Of a stretch of DNA of 64,000 nt, positions 38,601-51,200 are shown piece after piece. This stretch comes from an uncultured virus (IMG/VR IMGVR_UViG_3300007346_007557) (lineage: Duplodnaviria > Heunggongvirae > Uroviricota > Caudoviricetes): the IMG/VR virus record IMGVR_UViG_3300007346_007557; one strand, given 5' to 3'. Under the pieces are notes generated by a model that was not told where the DNA came from, ran no database searches, and saw only the letters and a program-made list of their open reading frames with translations. The stretch's first letter is position 1. Each line of letters starts with the position of its first letter. Position numbers and translations under genes: made by a program.

Positions 38601-39208
38601 TAGCTATTCCCTCCGCTAAGGCTTTGCACTCTAACGGTGTAATCAACTTGAATTAATCTGTTTAAAGACTTTTGTACAGGATGGAAAATAACATGTGTTA
38701 ACAATCTGCCACTACCGTTTGTGTCACTTGAATATGCTTTCAAGCCTAACTCATCAAAAACAAATTGATCTTCAGTATTTGCTGCTGTGTCAAAAGCATC
38801 TTGTCCATCTGGTTCGCCATAATCTAACAAACAACTTACAACTAGGTCGGTGTAATTTGTACCACTAACATGTCTAGTTTCAATTTTATTTCTTGTAGGA
38901 TCTGAATTATTAACACTTCTGTCGTCCACAACTTTAGCATAAGTTTCGTTATATAAACTTGAATTTGTGCCAGTGCTGTTAGGTGTTAGATATGTTATAA
39001 TACCTGTCGGATCAACGCTAGTACCACCGTTGCCAAACGCCATTTGATACACAAATCCTTCACCAGCATTTCCTAAACTTTCAGCTAGTGAAATACTCAT
39101 GTTTTCATAATGAATAGCATTACGCTTATTCACAAATACAAAGCCTGATTCAGGATTGTATATTTTTATATGTCCTTCTATGTGTACTCCACTTTGATCA
39201 TTAATCAT
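38600..39208 (-). CDS. Baseplate/tail-fibre attachment protein
   Basis: Position between the giant wedge protein and the fibres; MAFGNGG..ELGL..LLTH pattern; late box upstream. Confidence 0.55.
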   Translation of the reverse strand: MINDQSGVHIEGHIKIYNPESGFVFVNKRNAIHYENMSISLAESLGNAGEGFVYQMAFGNGGTSVDPTGIITYLTPNSTGTNSSLYNETYAKVVDDRSVNNSDPTRNKIETRHVSGTNYTDLVVSCLLDYGEPDGQDAFDTAANTEDQFVFDELGLKAYSSDTNGSGRLLTHVIFHPVQKSLNRLIQVDYTVRVQSLSGGNS

Positions 39209-39231
39209 TTTTATTTTCCGTTCCTATATTG

Positions 39232-39239
39232 TATTTATC
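39232..39239 (-). promoter_or_regulatory. T4-type late promoter box
   Basis: GATAAATA upstream of 39208. Confidence 0.65.
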
Positions 39240-42200
39240 GGGGATACGATATTGTTGATTTCTTTATAAAATTAGCAATTTGATTATTACTATCTACAAG
39301 TGATTTATCAGTGTCTGACCAAACTTTACCAGTTTTTCTTACAATCTGAATGTTTATTCCGTCTGCAGGAATATCTGCAAGTGTTAACACCGTTTGCAAT
39401 GTGCCATCTACAGATACAACTTCGACAGAAAATTCTGCCGGCACCGTTTCGTCTGCGTCAGGCGAATCTTGGTCTAATGTTTGATTAAACACACTAATAC
39501 TATTTTTTCTTAATCTACGTCCGCCAACAAAGACATCAAATGAATTGATTGTATCAGTTACAAAGTCTAAAACAAATTGATGTGTTGAACCGTCGCCTAC
39601 ATACTTTGTTGTGTATGTTGCATCTTTGTATGGTATATTTTCTTCTATACCTTGTCCGTAAACGGTTGTACCTTTTGGTATTATATTAGGTGTACCTGTG
39701 CCTAATGTACCTCTACGAATTTGCCTTAAAACATTACCGGTAACAGAATAGTATTCAATGCGTTCTTTATCTACCCAAATAACTCCAGGCAAGCCAATAG
39801 ATCTATTTGGTTCTTGAATACCCGTTGCATCAGTTAACACAATACTATTATCATAGTAATTTAAAGGTTGATTTAATTCATATGAATTTGAATTACTAAT
39901 ACGCTTATAATGAGTTCTGTTGAGCATATCTTTAAATATTCTATATGCAAACTTAGGTTTACTTACAATTGCTGCAAACTGAATTACTTCAATAGTTTCT
40001 GTACCGCCAGGTTTTCTCATTAATTGCACAGCATCTAAACCAGGAGTTAACTTGTAATCAATATTAGGCGTTTGTAAAATACCATTTCTCAACACCCAAA
40101 CATATTCAGCAGATACTGCTGTTTTTTCAAGTTTAATATAACCTCTCGACAAGCTATTCTTTTCAATATATTCATCTGAACCAACTGGTGCGTGTGTTGT
40201 GTAGTATACAACATCGTAAGTGTTTCTTCTTATATCGTTTATGTCATGATTACTAAACACATAAATGTTTACATCACTTCCAGCAGCAGGAACTTGATCT
40301 AATGTCAAGTTGTCACTTTCCACACATTCAATTTTGCTAATAACAACTTGTGTACTATCAACAAGCGAACTTGCAATAACTGGAGGTGTATCATCTAAAC
40401 TTTTAATTTGTATTAGGTCTCTAAGGTATCCTTGAAGTTTAATTTTTACCTCGCTACCATTTCTTGTAAAAGTTTCAACGGTTGCTACTTGGGTTGTACT
40501 ATCGTCAGTTGTTGCAAATTCAACAACATCGCCTTGCTCGTAATTGTTAATTGCATCACCGTTAGTGATTGTAACAACGGTATCTACAAAATAATATTCT
40601 GCATCACGTACTACATATATGTCAAGCACTTGACCTGCTAATCCAACGGTGTTACTTAATAATTGTACTCTACCATTAATTGGATCATACAAATAATCTT
40701 GTGGTCCTAATTTTTGATCGTTTACGTAGGCAAAAACATCGCTGTTTCTAATTTGAGTAGGATCTTCAAATTGCCATAGATCAATTGGATATGCACGTTC
40801 TGTTGTTAATGTATGTCTTGTTTTATAGCCAGGATTCAAAAACTTGTTATCAACTGACACAAGTATTCTATGAGATAAAGGCATTGCTACACCAGGTAGC
40901 GGTACCATAGGATCTGTAGTAAACCTGTGTACTCTGTTTACGCCGTCTGATACAAATGTTTGATCAACAAGTAATTGACTATATTGATTTGTTTCACCTT
41001 CATACAATGTATAATTTACAATATCTCCTGTTTGTAATGGCACAGGAAATTCTATAACACAAAATCCGTCTGCATCTTTTTGTAAACTATAATTTGCAGG
41101 ATCTGTTGTAAACTGCAATGTACCATTTAGTGTAACAAATCCGCTCATGTCATTTACAAATTTAACATTTGTAGGAACTAGTCTAGTGGTGTTATCTACA
41201 GCAATATATTGATCAGTGTCAATGATATTTTTACCATTTGCACCAATTGTTAGTATGCTTAGTAATGCATTGGCTTCCCATGCACTACTATCGGCTAATC
41301 TAATTGTAGCAGTTTCCCAATCAATTGTGTAGTCATTACTATCCATAACATAATTGTTTAATTTTACAATCATGCTTGTATCTGCTTGTGGATATTTTAC
41401 AAAATCATATTCAATTGTTGAGCCATCTGTTATATGAGTTTTAACACTTATAACACCTTGTCCGTCATTTACAACATTGTAAACTTGCAAATCCATTGTG
41501 TCTAAAACTTGTCCGGGAACTTGTTCTTCGGGACCTTTACTTGTTGTTTCTGTAACAAATCCATCTCCGTCAACAACAATATCTCCAGCATCGATACCGT
41601 TAGCAGTAGTATATTCAAAATTACCGCCTTGTAAACTAACATCATATGCAGTTGTTTCAGGAGTAAAGCTACCATCACTAGTTGATTTACGCACAATTAA
41701 AATATCATTTGCAGCAGTTGTAACATAATCACTATCAAGGAATACGGTATTTGAAATACCGTCACCTGTAATAGTTACCATTTTAGCGTTTGGATTAGCT
41801 GTTGCACTACTACCATCGAAGTTTGGATCATCTATTCTTACATTATTCAAATATACATTATATTGAACATTTGATTCAAGTACATTGGCAAGCTCTACTA
41901 CTTGTGTACTTCCATCTAATGTAATAATTTCATCTTCAAATGTTGTGTCAAAAGTATCAAAATCTAAACCAAATGGAGAAGCTTCAAAACCTCTGTCTGT
42001 TCCAAAGTCAACACTATCAAGTTGCACACCGCCATAATCAATACCATCCATAAGCTGTGATAAATCTTTTCCCAACATACCAGTTTTAGGATTATAGAAA
42101 TAATTAATTCTATCAACTGCATGTAACAAGTTTGTTGATTTTTTATACTCAACTACGATTGTACTTGTATCAACAGGTGCATTTGTAAATGTAATTTTAC

Positions 42201-45200
42201 CTAAGTATCTATCGTAACCTTTTGAAGTATCTAAGGTGTTAGAAACTACATAATCATTTGTAAGTAGCTGTTCGTTATTGACAAAGATTTTCGTATCTGC
42301 CTTTTTTGTGCTCATTGGCCACTTAGTTGAAAACTCGGTTTGGCCACCATTTCCTGTAAATGTTTGTGTTTCGTCTAATGTAGAGAACAAGTAATTACCT
42401 GTAATTCTATCAAACTTAACTAACATATGTGTCCTTCTCGAAACACCGTTGCCTATGATAGCGTATGCTTTTGCAGATGAACCGCCTTCTTCAACACTTC
42501 CGTTAATTTCAACCGTAGGTGCTGAGTAATATTTTGCACCTGTTGTATTAACATCTATTAAGGTAATTTTGCCGCCGCCTACTCTAGCATAACCTGTTAA
42601 TGTAGGACCGCCGCCACCTGATACTATTACATTGGCTGTATCCGTATACAAGTTTCCTGCATTAGATATTACAAATTTGGTAATTTCATATCCAGCATTA
42701 TCTAACCAATGTTTTTGAGGATATGTTGTAATTTCATTATCATAGAAAACAATTTGATTGTTAATAACTTTAACTAAGTCTGTGATAATTTTACCTTTAT
42801 CTGCATCATATCTAGGAGGAACATCAAAATCTGTAATTGTAGTTCTTGTTGGATCAACTTTTTCATAGGAACTAATATATTCTCTAACTTTTGTTGAGAA
42901 TGGTTTTACTTCATTGACGTAATCTTGATAATTTGGCAAGTTATCGTTTTGATAAGTAATTTTTTGTTCTAGTTCTCCAACATTGTGCTTTGCTGTAACT
43001 AAACTTGTTTTAAAGATCCAATCAATACTTGGTTGCTCTGCAAGTGCATATCTAACACTGCTAAAGAATAGTTTGTTCCATTCCACTTCTAACTGATCTA
43101 CAAAAATATTATCTCGTAAAGCGTACATAATAATACGTGTTTCGTTGATTGGTTCTCTATCGTAAAGAACTGCATCATAAACTTGATTATCAAAACCACT
43201 TGTCTGATTGTTGTATAATAGTTGGCTAATTTGTATTGTTCCGTTTTGTCTACCAATAGTTTTATAATTTACGGTGTAATCTACTTCGGCTTGATTATCA
43301 ATTTTTTCTAACAATAACCAGCCGCCTGAACCAATGTTTTCTATCTTTACAACACTACCAATTCTATTGTTTAATGAAGATAGTGCATATGCACCAGGCA
43401 CAACTTCATCAATTGCTGTTGTTGCATTGTAACCTGTAGCATACCAATCTACATATTGCCAGTATCTAGTTACGTCATAACTTTGAATATATTGTCTAAA
43501 CCAATCACGAGTTGAGCTATTCCAAGAGTACACACTCCAAAAACCGCTAATTGTGCTGTCGTTTTCAACTAAGACACTGAACGGACGAACTACAAGTGTA
43601 GTTGTATCTAAATAATTTTTTCCGCCATTTACAACTTCTACACTTGTAATTTGTCCAATTTCATTTATGTAAGTTTGCAGTTCTGCGTTTTCGCCTGTGC
43701 CAACTATTTCTACCACTGGACCTTTTCTAGCACCAGTGGTATAATTTGGATCGATGTAACCTCTACCTTTATTGGTTATTGTAACTGCTGTTATTACACC
43801 ATCAACTATAGTAGGTGTTAGTTTTGCTTGTGTAATTTTTGCAGTACCTACAAATCTCAACAAGTTTTCAGATGCAACTTTTGTATCCCATGCTCCACTA
43901 AATTTACTTGGTGCAGCATCTATTGAAAATAATGGCGAGATATCAAATTCATCAACAATTAAATTGTTTGAAAATACATTGTTAACTCTTTCTACTATTT
44001 GTTTTAATGCTTCTGTTTTGTTTACAAACATAGATTGTAGAGGGCTATCTAAAATACCGTATCTTCTTCCTACACTCACATCGAGTGACGGAATTTGATT
44101 TTGTTGTGCATCGTAGCCTACTAAACTATCAACCCATTTTCTAACGGTATTATCAGATGGTTTGCTTGATGCTAACCCTTCAGTTAGTAATTTATATTCT
44201 GTATGAATATTATAATCTAACGCATCTTCAATAGCATTGTAGTTAACATGCAAAATTGTATCGGTATCTTTTATTAAACTTCTTACATTGTGTAATGATA
44301 TTTTATTTTGATCTAATAGTAAAGCAAACCTATATCCATTACCTGCTGGATCAGAAATTAATTGAGATACTGATTGAGCACTAATTTTTCTTGATTCAAC
44401 ATCAGGAGTAACTTTTTTATTTTTAACCCAATAAAAATACTGATTACTAAAAGTTTGACTGACAGGATCATAAACTTTTGTTGTAGTGTATTGACTATCG
44501 CTGTATTTAGATTGACCGCTTATGTTATTTGCTAATCCTTCAACCGTGTCGGCAATTTCATCCCATTCACTTGGTAAAAGATCTGATTGTATCCATTCAT
44601 AAACATCAACTTCAAACCCCGGTATTACTTTATTCCAAGTGTTTGATTTATATTCAATATTACCTTGATAAGGATTAAACCATTTAACCGTGCTTAAATC
44701 CCACCATAACTTTCCAACTTGTGTTGAATCCCATATATTTGAATCTGTAATAAGTCCAACGTTATAAGTTGCAGGGTCGTAGTATGTTTTGTAACTTAGT
44801 TCTTGTTCTGCAGGTCCTGCAATTCTACCTTGAATAGGGTCTAATACATCTAAGTATGTGATTAAGTCACTTGTTATTTTATCATACAAATAGACGCCGC
44901 GAATTTTATCAATGTTTACATAATTTTCACCAACACTATTTGTCATCCATGCATTTGCACCTCTTTCACTTCTAAAGTCAGTGACAAAACCACGTTTAGT
45001 AGTATTTTCAGCAAACGGTGCAGATAGATAATAATGGTTGTCAACAAAGGTAACAAACGGGTTCCTTGCATCTGCAAAATTATTAGCATAACGCATTTTT
45101 TCAGCATAGACTAATTTGTTGTTTAATGGTTCAAAAACATAAATTTGTCCAGTGTCGTATTCTACATCAGTTAATTCTGTTGCCTTGTTATCAAAATATG

Positions 45201-48200
45201 TTAAATTGCTATCAAACGCAATAGTATATGAAGTATTTCCATTGACACTCATAACTGCAAGTTTGTTGCCAAAGAAATCTACTTTTACACCAAACTCTTC
45301 ATTTTTCTCACCATCAGGAGAAAATAACTCTTGATCCAATACAAATTCTGTGTTATTATATTTGTAGACATATACTTTACCATTATTAATACCGGTGTCG
45401 TCTGCTTTAATTGCTCCTATTGCAACTTTTGATCCGTCATCACTAATTGCAATACTTGCTCCAAATAAAATATCATCTAACGGTGCATCTAAGTTTTGTG
45501 ACCAAACAAATCTATTATTAGCATATCTATAAACACTTACACGATATTCTGTAGCAGCAGTAATGTATCCGCCGATTACTAAAACATCTCCGTTTCTACT
45601 TACATCAAAATTTCTACCAACAGCAGTTGCTAAATCAAACTCACTACTATCTTCATCTAATAAGTCTCCGTCGCCTGCACTAGGAATGTATCCTAAATAA
45701 TCTATTCCTGCGCTAAGTAAAGTCCATTGACTAGAATTAAACAGATCACCTGCTAATACCGTTGTGTTTGCTTGATACAAATCACCATCATAATATACAA
45801 TTTCATTTTCTATATATTTTGATATGGTTAACCATTCGCCTTTGTAGTTTTTATCTTTTGTGAATTTAATTTTATTATAATCATCTTCTTTGTTTTCTGT
45901 AAAATAAACTCTACCATTGTCTGTAGCACTACGAATAAAAGTTCTGTATCTAAAATCACTAATATTTTTTGACTTTAATGCAAGACCAAATTTTTCATCT
46001 GCAACAGGTTCAGGTGAAACAAATCTTTCTAATAAGTTAAAACTATTGTTTGTATCTTTTTTATAAACACTTACATATCCCATATTATTGTAAGGAATAG
46101 TATAACCTTCTGCATCAATGTTAATAACATCAACTTCTTCCCAATCTTGACTTAAAAGATTGATTGTGCTACTTTCTGGAATAATGTCTACTTTGGCTCT
46201 CCAAAGAGTACCTTTTTGACTTACTATGTCTCCTGTTTCATATGCACCAGCTGGATCTAATACGCCGCGATATCTTGTTGCAACATTTGATGCATCAGGA
46301 GAGCCTACAAACAAATAATTTGAATCTGGTGATATAGAAACACTAGTACCAAATTTACCTAAAGGATCAAATAATAATTTTGCCATATCTCCTCTAGTAG
46401 TATGTACTAAAGGATTGTAAACATATGCACCAAATCCAGTTCCGTCTACAGAAGATGTTAATGCCCCATCATTATACAAATTAAGTGTAGTATCGTCAAC
46501 AACTTCTATGTAATAGTTGTTGTCGTTAATATCAGTCATACCTGGTACATTTGTAAATCTTACTCTTCTACCGTCAACTAAATTATGATTTTCCGATGTA
46601 GTAATTACAACAGGATTAGTTTGAGTAGCATTTGTAATTTCTATAGAAATTTGATCTACTGGAGATAGAGTTTGTATTAGTACAAAATCAGACGCTTCGC
46701 TAAGTCTTGCATAAATGTAAACTTCGCCATCTTCGTATTCAGGTGCGCCAACAGCCATTATTGTATTATTATCGCTTACTGCAATAACGCTACCAAAACC
46801 AGTATCTCCTGTTCTAGGGTTTAGTAACTCTTTTTTGAATTCAAAAACAGGTTTGTTATCAAACACTTCAAACTTTCCTGTTCCGTTGTCATCTACCCAA
46901 ATACGTTCGTTATCTGTAATATCATATTTTTGCACAATATCATTAATATTTTCAGATGTTGTAACACGTCTTGAATTCATTTGTGTAACAATACCTAATG
47001 TGCTATCTGACAAGTCTATAAACTCATCTGATATAGGTGTATCAAGATATATTTCCATTTTGTTATATGTAATATTTCTTGCTAACCAAAAACCGTTTAT
47101 TTCATCGTTTATGTTGTTAAAACCTACAATTTCGCCATCTGCAAATGGAACAGGTTTATCAAATTGTGCTTCAAACCCGTTGGCTGTTTGTGTAATAGAC
47201 AAAATTCTAATAGGAGATTGAATATGCTTGTATACATTCCATGTCTGGTTATTTTCTGGAACCCATACATAATCTCCTATGTCAACTGAATCAACATCTA
47301 ATGCTAAAATGTCTACAAAAGTTTTTGCAATAAAATCAATTTGATCTAATTTTACATAACCACCAGTTTTGCTATATTCTTCTTCTCTGTAAATAACAGG
47401 AAATGGTTCGTTATTATACTCTGTTGTAGAAAGATATATGTCTTTCTTAGGATACTGGTAAACTAAATCTGTTCTAGTATTATTAACACTTTGTACTAAT
47501 TCAATAGTTTGAGGTTCTATTCTAAATTTGCTTTCATCAAGTTGGAATTCAACTTCTTCATAACTGCTAGTAGCACCGTATTGTCCGACACGAATTGCCC
47601 ATTCTTCAAAGAACTCTAAACTATCTTTATCAGCACTGCCTAGTTTATCAAATAATTTAGTTAATGCATTATTTGTGCCTTTGTCTTGAATAAAACCTTG
47701 ATAGAATTTATACTGACTAACATCATCTTGAATAATGTTTTGTAAATAATCTCTTTTTTGGTACCCAATCAAATGCTGTGCAAGTCTTTGTTGTTCGCTA
47801 TCAAAATTATCTGTATCTAAATCGTAAAAATCTGTAAACTGATTCGCTTTATAATCCCAGTTAGGCGTTAAGGATTTTTGAGGACGTTCAGGTAAACGTT
47901 GCCATAAACTATAATTAAATTCTTCAGTACCGCTGTGCTTTACATTTGCAGAATAATAAAATTCTTTAAATTTAACTAAATCTCCAATTTGGTAATCTTT
48001 CCAACTTTTCCATTCTGTAACTTTAGAATCATCATACGTAAATCCAGGAATGTTTAAGCTACCGTTCCATCCGTCTGTTCTATAACCTACAACTTTTAAA
48101 CGTTCTTGTCTATAACCAGTTTCAGGATCATATATTGTATCATTGAAAACCGTTTTGTTATCTAAAATAACAACATGCTCTTTTTGAATTAAATTTAATT

Positions 48201-51200
48201 TACAGAAATAGATACCTTCATTATCAGATTTTAAACTAAACAAATTTGTTTTGTCTCTAGCAATATTAGACTTTGCATTTTTAATAGGTTTTTTTGATTC
48301 GTTTAAAACTGCTCCAGTAATAGAATCAAAAATATTATCTACAACAAAATATTCACTACTAAACAATAATCTATTAGCACCTGGACTTAATGTTATAACA
48401 CTATTTTCTGACCAGTTTTGTGTGGTCCAGAATAAAAATTCTTTAGCACTTAAACTCCAATTTTCTATAGCATTAATTGAAGAATTATAATAATCAAAAA
48501 CAAATCCTTGGTTTTGTAATTGTTTACCATATCCAATGATAAAATCAACTACTTCTTGCACACTCGGTAAAATTGTTCCATAGTCTAAAACGCTTACTTG
48601 ACTTTCAAAGTTTTTACGTAATGTTGCAGTTACACCGCCGACAATAGGTAAACTTGATAATAAAGAAAATTTAGAACTATCAAAATCATTTGTACTAGTG
48701 TGTGTTTGATTAACTCTATAGTATTTGTCTTGGTATTGAACTATTTTTCCAGCAACATAAATTTTGTTTTCTGCCCAAGGAATAAAACTTTCACTTATAC
48801 CGCCAACACTAAAATTAGGATCATTGGCTGTTGTTCTATGTGCAAAATATTTGAATGTTGGATTTTGATCATCAAATCCATTAATTTTATATCCGCCGCT
48901 AACTCTTTCAATTATTATACCACTATAAGTTACAACATCTAACACACTGCTTTTACGTAAACTAATATCATAATTTTCAAAAGGAACAAATACATTTCCT
49001 TTATTCAACGGTGTTTTGCTGTCCAACACAAGTTTTAATTTATTTTTATCTGCAAATCCTGCAAGTTTAAATGCAATTTTATTATCAAATGTTTGTATGT
49101 TGGTAATGTATTGACTATAATCAGCATCAACGTTTGTGTTGCTATATTCAGTAATCCAATTTACAAATCCACCAGTTATGCAATATCCATCATCTAATTC
49201 TTGTTGAGGAAATTTAATATCTTGTAATCTTATTGTTTTGTTAGTATCTGCATAAATTAAATCGCCAGACAAATCTCTAGTGATTCTGCTTCTGTCAAAA
49301 CCAACACCGATTACATGAGAAGGTTTTAAAACGATAGCTGCTACCATTAAACTAAACGGATATCCGCTACTACGTCTCCATGCTGTTTCAGTAGGACCAT
49401 GATCACCAAATTTGAAAGGTAAAAAATTAGATGTTGTATAACTGAAAGATCTTGAATATCCAGACTCAACAGGGGAAACAACTTGCCCATTGCTATTTAC
49501 AGGCAAATGCTTTAACAAATTTGGACGAACATATTTTGGGTTTATTCTAACAGGTTTATTAGGTTCTCTAATTATACCTTTTGACAAGTCGTTCCATAAA
49601 ACTAAGTTGTCTGAAGTATACGGCGCAGGACCATACTGCGCTTCCCACCATGAAGGTTTTATACTAAAACCAATCATTTGCCAAGGTGTTAGGTGCGGAG
49701 TATCTGTATCATACGCAAACTTGTATACTCCTCTCCAAAATCCTGGTAGTTGAACATTACTAGGACTTGTACTTAATCTATAATTGTAAGTAAAAGGAGA
49801 ACCAAATGTTACAAAATCATTATTAGTATAATCTTTTACTTTTGCAATTTTATTCCAATCAAGAAAATCTTTAATCATGATTGCATCTATTTGCCTATTT
49901 GTAATTTTAGTATTTCTATTTTGTCCACCTATAATATCATGAATGTCAAAGATACTAGTGTCATAGGCAACTTTTAAATTGTTGAAAATACGCTTTTCTA
50001 ATTCTAAAAGTAATTCATCTCTGTAATCGTTAAATGCAACGGTTAAACTACCATCATGTCCTTGTATTACTTGAGTAGGTGTGCTATAAGATGTATCTAA
50101 AAACTTTTTTGGTTCAAATGCAGGATACATTCCAATTTTAGTCGGAGTAGGAGGTACAAAGCTACCTTCTGTATTAGCGTATTCAAAAATTTCAATTTCG
50201 TCACCATTTGATAAAGTTGATGTAATTTTTACAAATCCATTTTCATCAAATTCATAATCAATACCGTGAGTTAATTGAATGTTATTAACATAAACGTTTA
50301 CAGCTTTGTTGCTAATTTTTGTTTTATCAAAAAGTTCTGATAATGCATAATACTGATTTCTAAAATCTAAAACTTCATAGGAAAGTTTTTTAGAACCGCC
50401 AACACCTAACATGTCTGAGCTGTAAAAAGGCATACGTTTATTTTTTTCAGAGTTTATAGAATAAAATATTTGATCTACTTGTTCTTTTACATTTCCTGTA
50501 AAACTATTTTCTTTTGCCACTTGTAAAAATAATCTTTTGAACTTTGTATATTCATTTAATGCAAATCTTGCTGCATTTACAATGTTATTTTCTTTTGATA
50601 CTAAATGATATAGTGCTAAATTAAACGGACCTGAATGTTTTACAAATTTTCTTCCAAATGGAATAATGTCTCCGAGATCTCTTAAATTATTTTCACCAGG
50701 ATGAATACCAGAAAAATTAGATAGCTCTTGTACTAAACCTTCTACGTGATCGTTTACTTGACCTAATGTAAATTCTATTATATTATTGTTTAATGGATTT
50801 CTTTCAAAGTTATGAGGTATTTCATAATATCCATTTTCATTTTTGTTTGCACTACTATATGTTTTAACAATTACAATGTCTGTAAATTCTATATTTTTAT
50901 TAAGAACAATTTTACGAACATTATTTTCATTTATAAATGCATAATCAACACCAGCAATTTTATAATCGTTATTAACAAATACTCGCACATCAATATCAGT
51001 TAAATTTGCACTATTTGTGTAAACATCAATAGGAAAATTATTAGTAAATTCTTCGCCGGTGTATTTTCTTACAACATATTGTCTACTTTTTCTATTGGCT
51101 TTTTTCCATGCATTTACTAATGTAGTTCCATTATCAGTTTTCTTTAAAAATAATGTATCGCTAGAAATAGTGCCAGTAGTGTTATCAATTTTTTCATAGC